Shown piece by piece: positions 62,660-64,000 of a stretch of DNA of 64,000 nt; within the stretch, counting starts at the first letter, position 1, and the number at the start of each line of letters is the position of its first letter. The position numbers were made by a program, and so were the translations under genes. Below the pieces are notes generated by a model. It ran no database searches. It had not been told where the DNA came from and was given only the letters and a program-made list of their open reading frames with translations. Location of the stretch: positions 434,001-498,000 of the forward strand of contig NIVC01000280.1 of NCBI GenBank assembly GCA_002269645.1. Reading direction: 5' to 3'. Origin of the DNA: Macrostomum lignano (lineage: Eukaryota).

Positions 62660-63125
62660 ACTCTCAATGTACACTCTCAATGTACACTTTCAATGTACAC
62701 TTTCAATGTACACTCTCAATGTACACTTTCAATGTACACTCTCAATGTACACTCTCAATGTACACTCTCAATGTACAATCTTAATGTACACTTTCAATGT
62801 ACACTTTCAATGTACACTCTCAATGTACACTTTCAATGTACACTCTCAATGTACACTTTCAATGTACACTTTCAATGTACACTCTCAATGTACACTTTCA
62901 ATGTACACTCTCAATGTACACTCTCAATGTATACTCTCAATGTACAATCTCAATGTACACTTTCAATGTACACTCTCAATGTACACTCTCAATGTACACT
63001 CTCAATGTACACTCTCAATGTACACTCTCAATGTACACTTTCAATGTACACTCTCAATGTACACTCTCAATGTACACTCTCAATGTACACTTTCAATGTA
63101 CACTCTCAATGTACACTCTCAATAC
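62660..63125. repeat. 13-bp minisatellite (CAATGTACACTCT/TT)
   Basis: Direct inspection. Confidence 0.95.
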
Positions 63126-63627
63126 ACCGGACACAACAACAGAGCAAAGCGTGAAGCAACATGTGAAAGATTTCGAAAAATTTCACGGAACAGCAATAAT
63201 TACTTTAATGATGGATTGACACTAAGTGTTGAGTCTCATTAACTCGTCACGAGTGCGCGTAGCAAACTCAAAAAATTTTTTTGAAATTTTTGAAACTGGT
63301 AAACTAAATTGAAATTTGATAACTTCCTAACTTCTTGTTTGATCTTTTATGGGAATTCTAATGAAGACATCTAAGGAGGATTGCTAGTTGAGTGGGCTAG
63401 CGCATTCCCCGTCATTCACTGTGCAAGTTAAGCAGAATCGGCAACGGTTAGTACACAGTTAGTCAATGGCGGAACAAAATCTGTACAAAATTCATATTTA
63501 AGTGTTTACTGGTGTTTTAATGGTGCTTGACCGGCTGTTTAACAATGTCCATGGCAATGTCCATGGCAATGTCCATGGCAATGTCCATGGCAATGTCCAT
63601 GGCAAGTCAAATACTCGTCGGAGATCT

Positions 63628-64000
63628 TCATTGAAAGCGCAGCTGCTTTCGAACGCTTCCGCAGACCTGCTGCTGCTGTTGCCGGCGAAGGCTGCCGCCG
63701 CCGTTGTCGCAGTGGTTCAGCAGCGCCGCCTGGATCCGGCCAGTTGGCCGCTGCGTCATCAGCAGCATCTGCCTGGTCTGGCTCCTGTCCGAGTCCGACT
63801 CGAACCGGACAACTCTGGCCGGCGGTTTCGGCCGCCGCTTCATCATGTAGATCATGTTGCGCCGGAAGTTGCGGCTCCAGACGCAGTAGATGAAGAAGTT
63901 CACCGCCGAGTTGAGCAGCGTGAGCAGGGTGGCCAGCGAGTAGAAGTACGAATAGAACCAGGTGCCTTTCTCGAACGAAGTGTCCAGCAGCACATGCCAG
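63628..64000 (-). CDS. Class A (rhodopsin-like) peptide GPCR, TM7 and C-tail; 5' part lies beyond the window
   Basis: YSLATLLTLLNSAVNFFIYCVWSRNFRRNM matches TM7 (NSxxNFxIY variant of NPxxY) plus helix 8 (FR), as seen in FMRFamide-receptor-like families. Confidence 0.85.
   Translation of the reverse strand, partial: WHVLLDTSFEKGTWFYSYFYSLATLLTLLNSAVNFFIYCVWSRNFRRNMIYMMKRRPKPPARVVRFESDSDRSQTRQMLLMTQRPTGRIQAALLNHCDNGGGSLRRQQQQQVCGSVRKQLRFQ

Overview
This is an intron-rich animal (metazoan) genomic window, not a prokaryotic one. GC-rich exons are separated by introns that mostly carry their own minisatellite, which is reminiscent of the flatworm Macrostomum (inference only). By splicing exons by hand I could build these genes: (1) a complete 4-exon BAHD/Transferase-family acyltransferase (HxxxDG + DFGWG), a family not normally found in animals; (2) a 14-exon receptor-type tyrosine phosphatase with a tiny ectodomain and degenerate catalytic motifs in both PTP domains; (3) two tandem paralogous type-I membrane proteins of no family I recognise; (4) two tandem PHYHD1-like 2OG/Fe(II) dioxygenases; (5) an unrecognised two-exon gene; (6) a 6-exon single-domain ACE (peptidase M2) with a GPI-like tail, one intron of which is almost entirely (CTA)225; (7) the 3' end of a class A peptide GPCR. 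Mobile DNA comprises a decayed Gypsy element with both LTRs and a TSD, a hAT-type MITE, a Foldback/MULE-type element, a tRNA-derived CORE-like SINE in two copies, and LINE and Gypsy remnants. There are about 25 tandem arrays and no CRISPR array, rRNA or genuine tRNA gene. No database search was possible, so all family calls rest on motifs read from the sequence. Repeat boundaries are approximate.
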